From: Macrostomum lignano
Lineage: Eukaryota
NCBI GenBank assembly: GCA_002269645.1
Contig: NIVC01000924.1
Coordinates: forward strand, 1 to 64,000
Direction of reading: 5' to 3'
DNA: 64,000 nucleotides
This document shows, one piece after another, positions 42,927-60,711 of the stretch. A program made the translations under genes and the position numbers. A model generated the notes under the pieces. That model was given only the letters and a program-made list of their open reading frames with translations, was not told the DNA's origin and did no database searches. The number at the start of each line of letters is the position of its first letter. Positions within the stretch are counted from its first letter, which is position 1.

Positions 42927-44276
42927 ATGGACGGCTCACTGCAGGAGAAACGTAAGAGTTTCCGGTTGCACTACGCCACTCTGATTCGAGCCATAGGCGC
43001 TGGGGTTTGGCTGTTGCACCTGGTGATCATCACCATGCTGTGTCTTGATCCGCATTTCGAGTTGGACTCGTCCAACCTGTCCAAGGACGAAATTGCAATT
43101 GTGAGTTTATAGCTACTGGTTGTTGTCAACGGTTGTTTTCTACTTTAATTGAAAGTTTATTTACTTTCTTGTTAGACCGGGTGTTGGAGTGGCATCTTTT
43201 TCTGTTAGATAGTGTTGGAGTGGCATCTTTTTCTGTTAGATAGAGTGTTGGAGTGGCATCTTTTTCTGTTAGATAGAGTGTTGGAGTGGCATCTTTTTCT
43301 GCTAGTGTTAGACAGGGTGTTAGAGTGGTATCATTTCCTGTTAGATAGGCTGTTGGAGTAGTATCATTTCCTGTTAGACAGGGTGTTAGAGTGGTATCAT
43401 TTCCTGTTAGAAAGGGTGTTAGAGTGGTATCATTTCCTATTAGATAGGGTGTTAGGGTGGTATCATTTCCTGTTAGACAGGGTGTTAGAGTGGTATCATT
43501 TCCTGTTAGACAGGGTGTTAGAGTGGTATCATTTCTCGTTAGATAGGGTGAATGGGTGTTATCGTTGCAAAGTCAACGATATAATTTCCTGTTAGATAAA
43601 GTGTTAGACTGGCGCCTTTTTCTGTTAGATAGGGTGTTAGACTGGTGCCTTTTTCTGTTAGACAGGTAATTTCGTGGAATCATATAAATATGTAGAATAT
43701 ACTCTAAAATGTGGCGGTTAGGACAGTTTTTCAATAATAATTATCATTAAACACTGTCAAATCACGCAGCATCGCATATTGGTGGAGTATCGCTCTAAAC
43801 GGGTGTACTTTGTAGCCGCCGAGCATATAGTTATAATGTGGAACGTCGTCTATTGCGTCACCGTAAGCGGCAGCGGTAGTAATAGGATCTGGGCCTTTGT
43901 CTGGATGCACTACAACTGGACGGCAGTGCCTTTGCTATCCATGGTGATTGTGGTTGTTGAGTTCGCTAGTCAGGACATGTCCTACTACAATGTCATCGAC
44001 GATTGCAAAGTCAACGAAGTGATTGTCGCCCTGATGTACTTTATGCTTGGCTTCAACGCCTACCTATTGGCTTATAATCAGTTGAGAATGCTGCAGCAGC
44101 AGATGACGAGACCCTTCAAGCCGGGCTGGGTGGTGCAGCACAACCGCGGCGCCCCAGGCAAGGCAGCGACTGCAGGCAGCCGACAAAGCGTAGTTTCGCG
44201 AACCAACCCGGCTACGAATAGTCGGCTTAAGCGATCGTCAGTTAGCACCGATCAAATGCTCGACTGGAGCTCTTGA
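42927..44276 (+). CDS. Orphan four-TM protein (exons about 42927-43100 and 43771-44276)
   Basis: Phase-0 junction GCAATT|gtgagt...acgcag|CATCGC; four hydrophobic segments and a basic/Ser-rich tail. Confidence 0.65.
43165..43670. repeat. Intronic 33-bp minisatellite
   Basis: Unit CTGTTAGACAGGGTGTTAGAGTGGTATCATTTC. Confidence 0.9.
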
Positions 44277-44689
44277 GTGCACTATGTTGTTTAAGAGACG
44301 ATATGTAGCGTTAACAACTTTATTAATTGAAGATTTTGTGGGACTTTGAACACTAACAAGGTTGCGCGGACTGTACGGTGTTTGGTTTCTATGGTTACTA
44401 CATTGTTATTGAATACCACAATCGATAAATTCTACACTGTCAGTGCTAGTGCTTAATATTCTATGGACTCAAAGCTGTTAGTAGACATGGACTAATAAAA
44501 TTACACTTTTGAATAAAAATCGATTAGATACTTGATTGGCTGATTTTGATTTCGCTTCACTTCAACGACGCTTGCACACAAAAAATCGTGGACTTATTTC
44601 GTCGCTAAAGGCCTTCGCTGGTTTTGTCGCTACAAAACTCATTAGCGAGATTGGAAGTTTTCTGTTTTTTTGTAGGGCTTTCCGTAGGG

Positions 44690-45200
44690 CGGAGGAAGGA
44701 CAGGGGACAGCCGCGCGGGATTGCCGGCAGTCCGGGGCGTTAGCCCACCTCTCCCTGTGCTTTCAAGCCACCCACTGGTTAATCCGAGTGGGGCCACGGG
44801 TAGGCGACCAGGCGATCGGCCAACTCGTTGCTGCGGTGGCCCGAGTGCCCGGGGATCTACCTTAGGAGCACCTTGATGGAGGCGCCTCAGCTAGACACCT
44901 CAAGGTGGTGGTGCGCTCAATGGCGTGGATTGTCGTTTGAATGTCCGAGTGGAGGGTAATCTCCTTCCCCCACAGACGCGCTAATTGTACAGCTCCATAG
45001 CGCAGGAGCTGATGGCGAGAACTTCATTCTGGAAGACGGTAGAGCAGGTGCCGGTGTGCTGAGTGAAGGTCGCCACCGTTCTCCCTCCAGACACGAAGCA
45101 GTAGCCGTAGCCAGAGGCGGAGTTGATTTGGGACCCGGCAGTGAAGCAGTGGATTTCCTGGGGTTGCCAGTTGTCCCTTGCTTCGTGGCGCGCTGGAATG
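44690..45200 (-). pseudogene. Decayed non-LTR retrotransposon RNase H domain (I/R1/LOA-type)
   Basis: IHCFTAGS (YTDGS-like), STVFQNEVLAI, ITLHSD and frameshifted IPGHSGHRSNELADRL. Confidence 0.8.
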
Positions 45201-45589
45201 CTGGTTTTGAATTGTCTCAAATAACTCCGTGTTTGCGACTCTGTGAGCTACTTAGCGTGACTGCAGTTGAAATTTGATAGTTGCTTATATTGTAGTAATC
45301 GACTGTAGCAATAAATCTTTTACTTTTCAAGTCAGGGCACTAATTAATCAGGTGTTGTTATGCAAGTGAACTAGTTGACTCGGGTATGGTGGAATTGAAT
45401 TAGCATAATTTATTCTGAAAGCAAACTGGTTCGCAGAGTAACAGACTGGCTATTACAATAAATAGGAAAGTAAACGTGCTACCAAAATCTTATGGCCGCA
45501 GTAAAATTGCAAGGCTCCGAAAAAAATCTTTGTAGATATCTGAGTTTACTGAAATCAGAAGTCACCCTTTCGTTTTGGAAGACGCACAT

Positions 45590-46256
45590 TTGATCAGAAG
45601 GCATATCAAGAGACACAAGCTTCTGAAGACAAACTTGATCAGAAGGCACACCAAGAGACGCAAGCTTCTGAAGACAAACTCGATCAGAAGGCACATCAAG
45701 AGACACAAGCTTCTGAAGACAAACTCGATCAGAAGGCACATCAAGAGACACAAGCTTCTGAAGACAAACTTGATCAGAAGGCACACCAAGAGACGCAAGC
45801 TTCTGAAGACAAACTCGATCAGAAGGCACACCAAGAGACACAAGCTTCTGAAGACAAACTCGATCAGAAGGCACATCAAGAGACACAAGCTTCTGAAGAC
45901 AAACTCGATCAGAAAGCACCTCAAGAGACCCAAGCTTCTGAAGACAAACTCGATCAGAAGGCACACCAAGAGACGCAAGCTTCTGAAGACAAACTCGATC
46001 AGAAGGCACACCAAGAGACACAAGCTTCTGAAGACAAACTCGATCAGAAGGCACACCAAGAGACGCAAGCTTCTGAAGACAAACTCGATCAGAAAGCACC
46101 TCAAGAGACCCAAGCTTCTGAAGACAAACTCGATCGGAAGGCACATCAAGAGACACAAGCTTCTGAAGACAAACTCGATCAGAAGGCACATCAAGAGACA
46201 CAAGCTTCTGAAGACAAACTTGATCAGAAGGCACCTCAAGAGACACAAGCTTCTGA
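45590..46256. repeat. 45-bp minisatellite about 100 bp upstream of the SLC5A7 ATG
   Basis: Unit TTCTGAAGACAAACTCGATCAGAAGGCACATCAAGAGACACAAGC. Confidence 0.95.
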
Positions 46257-46351
46257 AAGAACGATTGTTAACAGGTTGTAAGACATACAGCAGTTCAGTT
46301 CTATCAGATCTATTTTGTATCAGTTCCGGCATATCAGAACATCTCGAAGAC

Positions 46352-50947
<4,596 letters not shown>

Positions 50948-51099
50948 CTCCGCTTGACTTGGTGAAAATAACAATCTCAACATTTCATTATCTTGTCTAA
51001 ACTCTAGAAGGACGGTTGCACTTGTCAATCATGAAAATTTTGCATGAGGCCTGTTTTTGCTTCAAAATAAATCATTCATTCGTTTTAATAATAATATGC

Positions 51100-51395
51100 A
51101 ATGGGGGTCTTTGTGATGTCAGATGTGCAACCGACAGCTCAGCCGCAGCTATTGCGACGCGCATCAGAAGGCTGCGTACGGCTGTTCAGTCCAAGGACTG
51201 GGGGGTCGCCACACACACACACACACACACCCTCAATTACCCCAGCTAATGCTGGCACCCATTTTACAGCTGGGTGAACTGAAGCAATTCAGAGTTGAAG
51301 TGCCTTGCTCAAGGACACAAATTGTTCCGAGTGGGTAGCGAATCGAACCCCCGACTTCCAGTTGTGAGTCCGACACTCTAACCACTAGGCCAGAA
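51100..51395 (-). mobile_element. tRNA-derived SINE, third copy
   Basis: Reverse complement aligns along the length of the 40100-40385 copy. Confidence 0.87.
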
Positions 51396-52209
51396 CCTAT
51401 CTATTTATTTATTTATTTGTTATAAAAGTTATTGAAGACCTAGAGAAACATTACAGTAGTTAAAGGCGCGTTACGGTAAACGCGCCTGACTCTCGCACAA
51501 TGTCACGACCTCTGGATCGATTCAGTGTACACAGTACAGCCACATTCGTTTGAGTCTTGTTCACACGAAAATCTATCTGCATAAAAAATGTCGTTACTTT
51601 TAATCTTCTGTAGCCTTCCCTCCGATGATTGCCAAAGATAAAATAAACTCCTGAAAGATGAAAAAAGGCTGTTAAAAATTCGCTTTCATTATCTTTCTGA
51701 ACAGCTTTGCGATTCAGTACAAAGGATGCTTCGGTTTAATTAAAAACTAATAATTAGCAAGCGAAATGAAACTCCTTTCCCGTTTGAGAACTGAGGCAGG
51801 TTCAAGAGCCATTTAGACCTAATCTTCGATATCCGTTAACAAAGGGAAACGCAAACGCGGCTCCACCTCAAATAATTCGCTTCTATCAGCCGAGTAGGAC
51901 GCAAACCCGATGCCGCTCCTTTGTCCAACCTAATCCGAAAGGGGTGGCGCCTGAGCTCTATGAGACATTCGCTCTCCTCAGTCTGCGAATCAGGCTGAAA
52001 ACCAATGAGACTCTGGCATTGGCCTCATCCCGAGTTCGCCTCAGCCCTTCTTGCTTAAAAGTATAAGCCAGACTCCGACGTCTTCCTGCTCAGCTCCCGC
52101 TAGACATATTTTCCTTCTTTGGCAAGAGTTTTGCAGCATTCTGCTACTTGATTTATCCCCAGTGACTGATTAACAGATCAGGTAAGTTAGTTATGCTTTC
52201 TGTAAGGTG

Positions 52210-52773
<564 letters not shown>

Positions 52774-53109
52774 GTCTATTTATGAAGTATTGTGTCAATT
52801 GTAAGCAGAATGGAAGCCAGTCGGGGTTGAAAAAACAGCAGCAGACTGTTTTTATCGATTTGAATCACCTGAAGCTGCTTGAATATTTCGACGATAAGTT
52901 AGTGGCCTGTGATAAAAAACAAATTTTCGCACCTGAAGCGCCGGCTATTTTCAAATAAAATGCGCCAATCTGCAAGTCAACACCTGGAAAAGAAAAAAGT
53001 CCAATCTGAGCTAAACAGGGAAATCTGAAAGGTTTTTAACTTCACCTCCGTTTGGTTTCAAGATTAAAACAGCATATTTCAGCGTTTCACAGTGACAGAA
53101 GTTTGAGGA

Positions 53110-55420
53110 CAGATCTTTGTTGAACACCTGTGAGAATGGAGATGAGATCCCTGTTGAACACCTGTGAGAATGGAGATGAGATCCCTGTTGAACACCTGTG
53201 AGAATAAAGATGAGATCCCTGTTGAACACCTGTGAGAATGGAGATGAGATCCCGGTTGAATACCTGTTAGAATGGAGGTGAGAATTCTGTTGAATACCTG
53301 TGAGAATGGAGATGAGATCCCTGTTGAACACCTGTGAGAATGGAGATGAGATCCCTGTTGAACACCTGTGAGAATGGAGATGAGATCCCTGTTGAACACC
53401 TGTGAGAATAAAGATGAGATCCCTGTTGAACACCTGTGAGAATAAAGATGAGATCCATGTTGAATACCAACATGGAGTATTGTGATATTGTGATGATCCA
53501 TGTTGAATACCTGTTAGAATGGAGATGAGATCCCTGTTGAACACCTGTGAGAATAGAGATAAGATCCCTGTTGAACACCTGTGAGAATAGAGATAAGATC
53601 CCTGTTGAACACCTGTGAGAATAGAGATAAGATCCCTGTTGAACACATGTGAGAATAAAGTTGAGATCCCTGTTGAACACCTGTGAGAATGGAGATGAGA
53701 TCCCTGTTGAACACCTGTGAGAATGGAGATGAGATCCCTGTTGAACACCTGTGAGAATAGAGATAAGATCCCTGTTGAACACCTGTGAGAATAAAGATGA
53801 GATCCCTGTTGAACACCTGTGAGAATGGAGATGAGATCCCTGTTGAACACCTGTGAGAATGGAGATGAGATCCCTGTTGAATACCTGTTAGAATGGAGAT
53901 GAGATCCCTGTTGAACACCTGTGAGAATAGAGATAAGATCCCCGTTGAACACCTGTGAGAATGGAGATGAGATCCCTGTTGAACACCTGTGAGAATAAAG
54001 ATGAGATCCCTGTTGAACACCTGTGAGAATAGAGATGAGATCCCTGTTGAACACCTGTGAGAATAGAGATAAGATCCCCGTTGAACACCTGTGAGAATAG
54101 AGATAAGATCCCTGTTGAACACCTGTGAGAATAAAGATGAGATCCCTGTTGAACACCTGTGAGAATAAAGATGAGATCCCTGTTGAACACCTGTGAGAAT
54201 AGAGATGAGATCCCTGTTGAACACCTGTGAGAATAGAGATAAGATCCCCGTTGAACACCTGTGAGAATAGAGATAAGATCCCTGTTGAACACCTGTGAGA
54301 ATAAAGATGAGATCCCTGTTGAACACCTGTGAGAATAAAGATGAGATCCCTGTTGAACACCTGTGAGAATGGAGATGAGATCCCCGTTGAACACCTGTGA
54401 GAATAGAGATAAGATCCCTGTTGAACACCTGTGAGAATAAAGATGAGATCCCTGTTGAACACCTGTGAGAATGGAGATGAGATCCCCGTTGAACACCTGT
54501 GAGAATGGAGATGAGATCCCCGTTGAACACCTGTGAGAATAGAGATAAGATCCCTGCTGAACACCTGTGAGAATAAAGATGAGATCCCTGTTGAACACCT
54601 GTGAGAATGGAGATGAGATCCCCGTTGAACACCTGTGAGAATGGAGATGAGATCCCCGTTGAACACCTGTGAGAATAGAGATAAGATCCCTGTTGAACAC
54701 CTGTGAGAATAAAGATGAGATCCCTGTTGAACACCTGTGAGAATGGAGATAAGATCCCTGTTGAACACCTGTGAGAATGGAGATGAGATCTCGGTTCATT
54801 CGCATTTTGTAAGGACTTAATCTATAAATTCCAGAATATTTATTGATGTTAATTCCACATCAATGTGGAGCAGCAATGTTAACTCGGCTTTCCATACGGG
54901 GAACGGAACTCGTTTTGCGAGTAATAAAACATCCTGAAATATCGCTGAAATATCGCCATGCAAAAAAATCCGCTGAAGCTGAGGTTAGCGGCCAATCACA
55001 CAAGAATGATTGATGCTCTTGAGTTTATTGAGCATGAAATGCGCGCTGTTGATGCAGAGAGTACATAGGGTTATGGACATTCTCATACTCCTCCGTGTAG
55101 TTCCGTGCTGCTTGCTTTGAAAAATTGCCTTCCTGCCTGCGGAGCCCAACGTAAATTGAATTTCTTTAATTCCTGTTTGTGTTGAAATGACTGCGACCAT
55201 GTATGTATCCATGAGAAAGTGAGAATCCTGTTGAAGTTGTCTGTTGAGAGAGTGAGACTCTTGTTGAAGTTGTCTGTTGAGAAAGTGAGACTCCTGTTGA
55301 AGTTTACCTGTTAAGAGAGTGAGACTCCTGTTGAAGTTGTCTGTTGAGAAAGTGAGCCTCCTGTTGAAGTTACCTGTTAAGAGATTGAGACTCCTGTTGA
55401 AGTTACCTGTGTGAGTTTGG
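53110..55420. repeat. 33-bp minisatellite (53110-54792) and diverged related array (55212-55420)
   Basis: GAGATCCCTGTTGAACACCTGTGAGAATGGAGAT; GAGACTCCTGTTGAAGTTACCTGTT variant. Confidence 0.93.
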
Positions 55421-55525
55421 GACTCCCGTTAAATGAGTCCTAATGATAATTTAGGTAATTTCACAGCAGAATCTAAGAACTAATCAATCGATCGACCCAA
55501 TCTTATTAGTCCAGAGCCCTCCAGC

Positions 55526-58500
55526 ATGCCTCACTGCATGGGAGTCTGCGCTTGCATCGGACACCAACTGGAGTCCGAGCAGCCTCCTCAACAGCGCTAC
55601 TCAGTGTGGACTCTGACTCACGGACAAATAGAGGTCAACTTGACCGGCGACAGCTGCGCTCTGGCTCACGAAATTCCCGTCACGGTGGATTGGCAGAATC
55701 GTACAGGTCGCGATTTGGCGAGAGTACTGCTCACGACTTACCTGGCACCGCCTGTGATACTCACCACCGTGCTCACCAACATTACTATCTGCATTGTGCT
55801 CACTAGAAAGCACATGGTCTCCCCAACCAATATCATTCTGCTGTGCATGGCTCTGTCTGACATGCTTACTGGTGAGAATTTTATCATTTTGACTGCGTGC
55901 AGCGACTTTTTGTAAACTACTATAAGTAGTTTTGAATAGAAATAGCATCAAACTGATAAAAATATATTTGCTCAGTTAGAAATCGAGCAGCAGTGCAAGG
56001 GCGCTGTACGAGAAAATTTAAGATTTCCTAAAACTTCATCAAAGCTTAACTAGATTTATTAAAATTGCATCAATTTTGCTTTAAAAAGCTACGGCTGAAC
56101 ATAGATTTGAACCAGAGTCCTTTGAAATGATAGCGCGACGCGATACCGCTAAGCCGGGAGGATCGATGGCGGAATCTACAGTCTATTAACAGTAGTACAA
56201 GCCAGCTAGCAGTCACGTGACCCCAGCAATTTTGCCAACCAATCACAGACAGCCATTTTGGAGACAATCGACTTTCATGTTATAAAATGCAAGCCAGAAA
56301 GTCTGAGATACAAATTGACCACCTTAGCTCTGGCCAAACCGGAAAGTGTATCGACAGAAAATCGCATTTTTTCGCTCATGTCTTTACTTACAGTTAACAG
56401 CAATTCTGCAGTAGCTACCTGTATTTGAATTCGTGCCATTTTGAGGCGGTTTGTTTTACTACGAGTATAACAGATTGGAAAAAGAATCACTTCCAAAATG
56501 AAGTGGAACTACGAGCTAAGTCTCATGGCAGAGTTATGACACTGTAGGTAACTCGTAATTAGGGGAAAGTGCTGATCAATCAATCAATAGATCAACAAAC
56601 CAATCAACTAATCAATCAAAAAATAAATAAATCAATCAATCAAATCAAACCAATCTCAACCAAGCAAACCAATCAATCAATAAATCAATCAATCAACCAA
56701 TCAAATCAAATCAATCAATCATTCAATCAATCAATCGTTGAATTTATCAAAAAATAAAAAAATAGATAAATCAACCACCAGACCAATCAATCTACAATGA
56801 GCCAGTATAAAGAAGAAAGCCAAGCTATCAATCAACAAAAGCATGTAATGAAAACAGGTTTCACGGGTCTGATTATGATTTATGATGCATTCCCAATCGA
56901 TCAATCCTGGCCAATTCGTTGATTCGCTGCAGAAGTCAACATCAAGATTCAAAAAATATATATTCTCAATGACTAAAGCTTTACTTGGATTTGTATTACA
57001 CGAACACAGCTCCATGACAGTTGTGGTCCCTGATAAGCCTATAGCTTAGCGATAGCCTAATTGCTCAAATAGCTCGTAGGTCTTTAGAAATGCGTTGCTT
57101 CTTTGCAAATAGCAAAAATGCGTTCGCGGTTCTCGTAGATGATGGTGGGCTGAATTACAATTGCTTCTAGAAGCAGCTGGAAGCGAACGTCGCTGGGCAA
57201 ACATTCTATGAAATTCTCGTGGATTTTGTTGTACTTTTTAAAAACAAAATATCGTCTTAGTAACAAGTGACAGCCAGAGAAAACTCTTAGTCTTTAGTAA
57301 TAATTCATTCAAAAGCTTCGAAGAAGTCATAAAATCATGAACTCACTCAGGAACTCACGAAATCATTCAGGAAGTCACCCGCGAACTCACTAAGGAACTC
57401 ATGAACTTATCCAGTACTCATAAACTCATAAAGGTTTTGGAGAATTCGCAAAGGTACTCATTGAAAAAAAGTCACGAACTCTATCATGACCCCAAACCGC
57501 CGCAGGACTGTGCCCGCTGCCCATGTACCTGTTATCGGAGTTCGCCCACAGCTGGACAGTCAGCCAGGTGTGCCAGAGCCCTCTAGCGGTCAACCTGGTC
57601 ATGATCAGCTGCAACACGCTGCCAACAATATTTCATACGGTGTCGATTTGGCTAACGGTAATCCTGGCGATCCAGCGATGGATTTACATCAATTTCCCCA
57701 TGTCTGTCAGGAGGTTCTGCACCAATCGAGCCTCAATCAAGGCGGCCATCAGCGTGCTGGCAGTGGTGACCGCCTTCATGTGCGCCTGGTTCTACATCGA
57801 TGGGCCGTACAAAATGGCCAACGAAGCTGACGAAAGCGACAGCCTGCAGGAGCAGTTAAAGTTTGTCGTATCGTGCACGGAGCTTCAGGAGAGGCCAATC
57901 TTCAAATCGATGGTGTACATTCGTACCCTGCTAGCCAACGTGGCCCCCAGCGTCCTGCTGATTGTGTTCACCGGCCTGCTGATCAAAGGCATCAGCAGGG
58001 CTGCCAGACGGCGGAAAAGTCTGGGCGGCAGCCAGCGACAACGGGCCAAGTCAAAGAGAGCAAAGCCTTCTTCAACGAATCCGGCAGTGAGTACCTCGAC
58101 ACCGCTGTCTCGGCAAGCTTCAACTCGGCGCGTTGAAGAGGCCGGCAACACCACCATAATGCTCACCATTGTAGTTGGCCTATTCATGATCGTTGAGCTG
58201 CCTATGACCGTGGTCATGGCACTGTACCTGCTCAGGATGGAAGGCCACGTGACCAACATTGACCTGGTGATGGGCTACGCTATGCCCGTCATCAACTTCA
58301 CCATTCTGGTCACTTATCCGCTGAACTTCTTCATCTATTCGATGATGTCTGCCCAGTTTCGCAATACATTCTTCGGCATGTTCAGCGGACTGCAGGAGGC
58401 ATGGAGGAGGTGGCGCGGCAGGCGGGAGGAGCAGCAGGAGCAGCGCCAGCGGTTGATGAGGGCCCGCGAGGAGCAGCCACCCATCGAGATGACCGACTTC

Positions 58501-58611
58501 ACTGGAAGAGGAGGACGAGAATGCGGCTACGGCGAAGCCGCAGCTGGCAATGGCGAGGGCGACGGTGACGGAACTCCGCCGGAAGCTCAAGCTCTGCTGC
58601 TCATTGGCTGA
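55526..58611 (+). CDS. Rhodopsin-class peptide GPCR, sex-peptide/MIP-receptor-like (exons 55526-55871, 57506-58611)
   Basis: TM1 N, LALSDMLT, LAIQRW (DRY position), LFMIVELP, TYPLNFFIYSMMSAQFRNTF resembling the SPR/MIP-R signature; phase-1 junction ACT G|gtgag...ccgcag|GA. Confidence 0.85.
56570..56745. repeat. Degenerate (TCAA)n microsatellite in GPCR intron
   Basis: Direct reading. Confidence 0.85.
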
Positions 58612-58900
58612 CTGATCTGCCTGATTTATGGATTGAAGACTTTTTGGAAGATAAATTGCGATTAAGATTAATTGATTAGTTTGTTGATTGATTGATTCGC
58701 AGATTGATTTGACGAATAGATGGTTTTTAGTTTTTTGGATTTATTAGTTGATTAATTTTTGATAGATGACACTGATTAACTGAACAGGTACATGTACAGA
58801 TATTAGAATAACTAGATACGTAACTCGCAATCAAATTTGTGAAAAAGTTGAGTGTCTACTCTTTTTAGTAGTTGTCTGTGCAGTGTCACTTAAATTTTAT

Positions 58901-59250
58901 TAGCTCAGCCAATGAGAGAGCAGTAAGGAGAGAGGGTCAAAGTCAGACGGACGAAACTCAGCCTAGGGGGCAGGCCCAACCTAGCTCAGCCAATGAGAGA
59001 GCAGTAAGGAGAGAGGGTCAAAGTCAGACGGACGAAACTCAGCCGAGGGGGCAGGCCCAACCTAGCTCAGCCAATGAGAGAGCAGTAAGGAGAGAGGTCA
59101 AAGTCAGACGGACGAAACTCAGCCTAGGGGGCAGGCCTAACCTAGCTCAGCCAATGAGAGAGCAGTAAGGAGAGAGGTCAAAGTCAGACGGACGAAACTC
59201 AGGCTAGTGGGCAGGTCCAACCTAGCTCAGCCAATGAGAGAGCAGTAAGG
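58901..59250. repeat. 80-81-bp tandem repeat, 4 copies plus a partial
   Basis: TAGCTCAGCCAATGAGAGAGCAGTAAGG at 58901, 58982, 59063, 59143 and 59223. Confidence 0.95.
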
Positions 59251-59779
59251 ACGAAACCCAGCCTCCCTACATTTACAGGGTAAGAGTGCTAATATAACGG
59301 GTTTGCTTGTGGAAGTCCAGAAGGCGATCGCTACAGATTTAAAAAACTCTCTAGCAAAATTTTATAAATCCTCAATTCTACCGTCATAGTAGAGCAAGTT
59401 TTTTTTCTCAACAGACACTAATTTGAATTGTCCTTGAATAAACAAATAAAACTCAAGTTTTGCTTGATAATTGATGTAATGTTGTGCGTTCAACTATTGT
59501 TTACAATGGCACATTATCAGGTTCCTGGCAGAAACATAGTAGAAAACATATTCATCACAACACTGTTGTTCGTGAATTGAAGCTAGATTTATACTCGTAC
59601 CATTTTTTGAGATAAGATATCCCAATTATAGTACAAATGTTATAGATCAACAAAACACTTGTTTTTGTCTGAAAGACACACTAGTAAAATATTTTACCAA
59701 TTCATTAAACTTGTGCTTCAGTCCGACACCAATCAGCACTGAGTGCATTTGCTATTCATTATTTCTTCGGAAAAAAAGG

Positions 59780-60357
59780 AATGTAGCATTGAAGGGAATG
59801 CAGGGTTGAAGGGAATGTAGGGTTAAAGGGAATACAGGGTTGAAGGGAATGTAGGGTTGAAGGGAATGCAGGTTTAAAAGAAATAAAGGTTTGAATTGGG
59901 AATGCAGGGTTGAAGGGAATGCAGGGTTGAAGGGAATACAGGTTTGAATTGGGAATGCAGGGTTGAAGGGAATGCAGGTTTGAATTGGGAATGCAGGGTT
60001 GAAGGGAATACAGGGTTGAAGGGAAAGTAGGGTTGAAGGAAATGTAGCATTGAAGAAAATGTAGGGTTGAAGGGAATGCAGGTTTAAAAGAAATACAGGT
60101 TTGAATTGGGAATGCAGGGTAGAAGGGAATTTAGGGCTTAAGGGAATGCAGGGTTGAAGGGAAAGTAGGGTTGAAGGAAATGTAGCAATAAAGGAAATGC
60201 AGGGTTGAAGGGAATGCAGGGTTGAAGGGAAAGTAGGGTTGAAGGAAATGTAGCATTGAAGAAAATGCAGGGTTGAAGGAAATGCAGGATTGAAGAGAAT
60301 GTAGGGTTGAAGAAAATGCAGGGTTGAAGGAAATGCAGGGTTGAAGGGAATGTAGGG
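59780..60357. repeat. G-rich approximately 20-bp degenerate minisatellite
   Basis: GGGAATGCAGGGTTGAA units. Confidence 0.9.
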
Positions 60358-60711
60358 AGTCTATGAATAGAAAATCAGGGATTCAAGGCAATGTAGGGGA
60401 CGTGAAAAGGCTAAATGTGACCAAAATTGAATGAAATGTACCATTATTATTTTTTCATCAAAAGATAAGCTTTTATTGCACTCAAAAAGTGTCGCACACA
60501 TACCATGAGCACAATCATCAAGGATATATCATAACTATAGCATCTGTTCTTCAATTCAAAAGCATTCTCAAGGTCGCTAATATCTTCCGTCTTTCGATAG
60601 TAGCCGATCTGATTGCATGCGCAATCGAAAGTGTCTTTCAATCTTGGATGGATATCTCTTGGAATTGACTGGGGCCTGCTAGGCAGAAGAACAACAAAGC
60701 GAAGAAATAAC

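Noticed and set aside
53011-54805. 585-aa and overlapping minus-strand ORFs
   Set aside because: 33-bp satellite open in multiple frames
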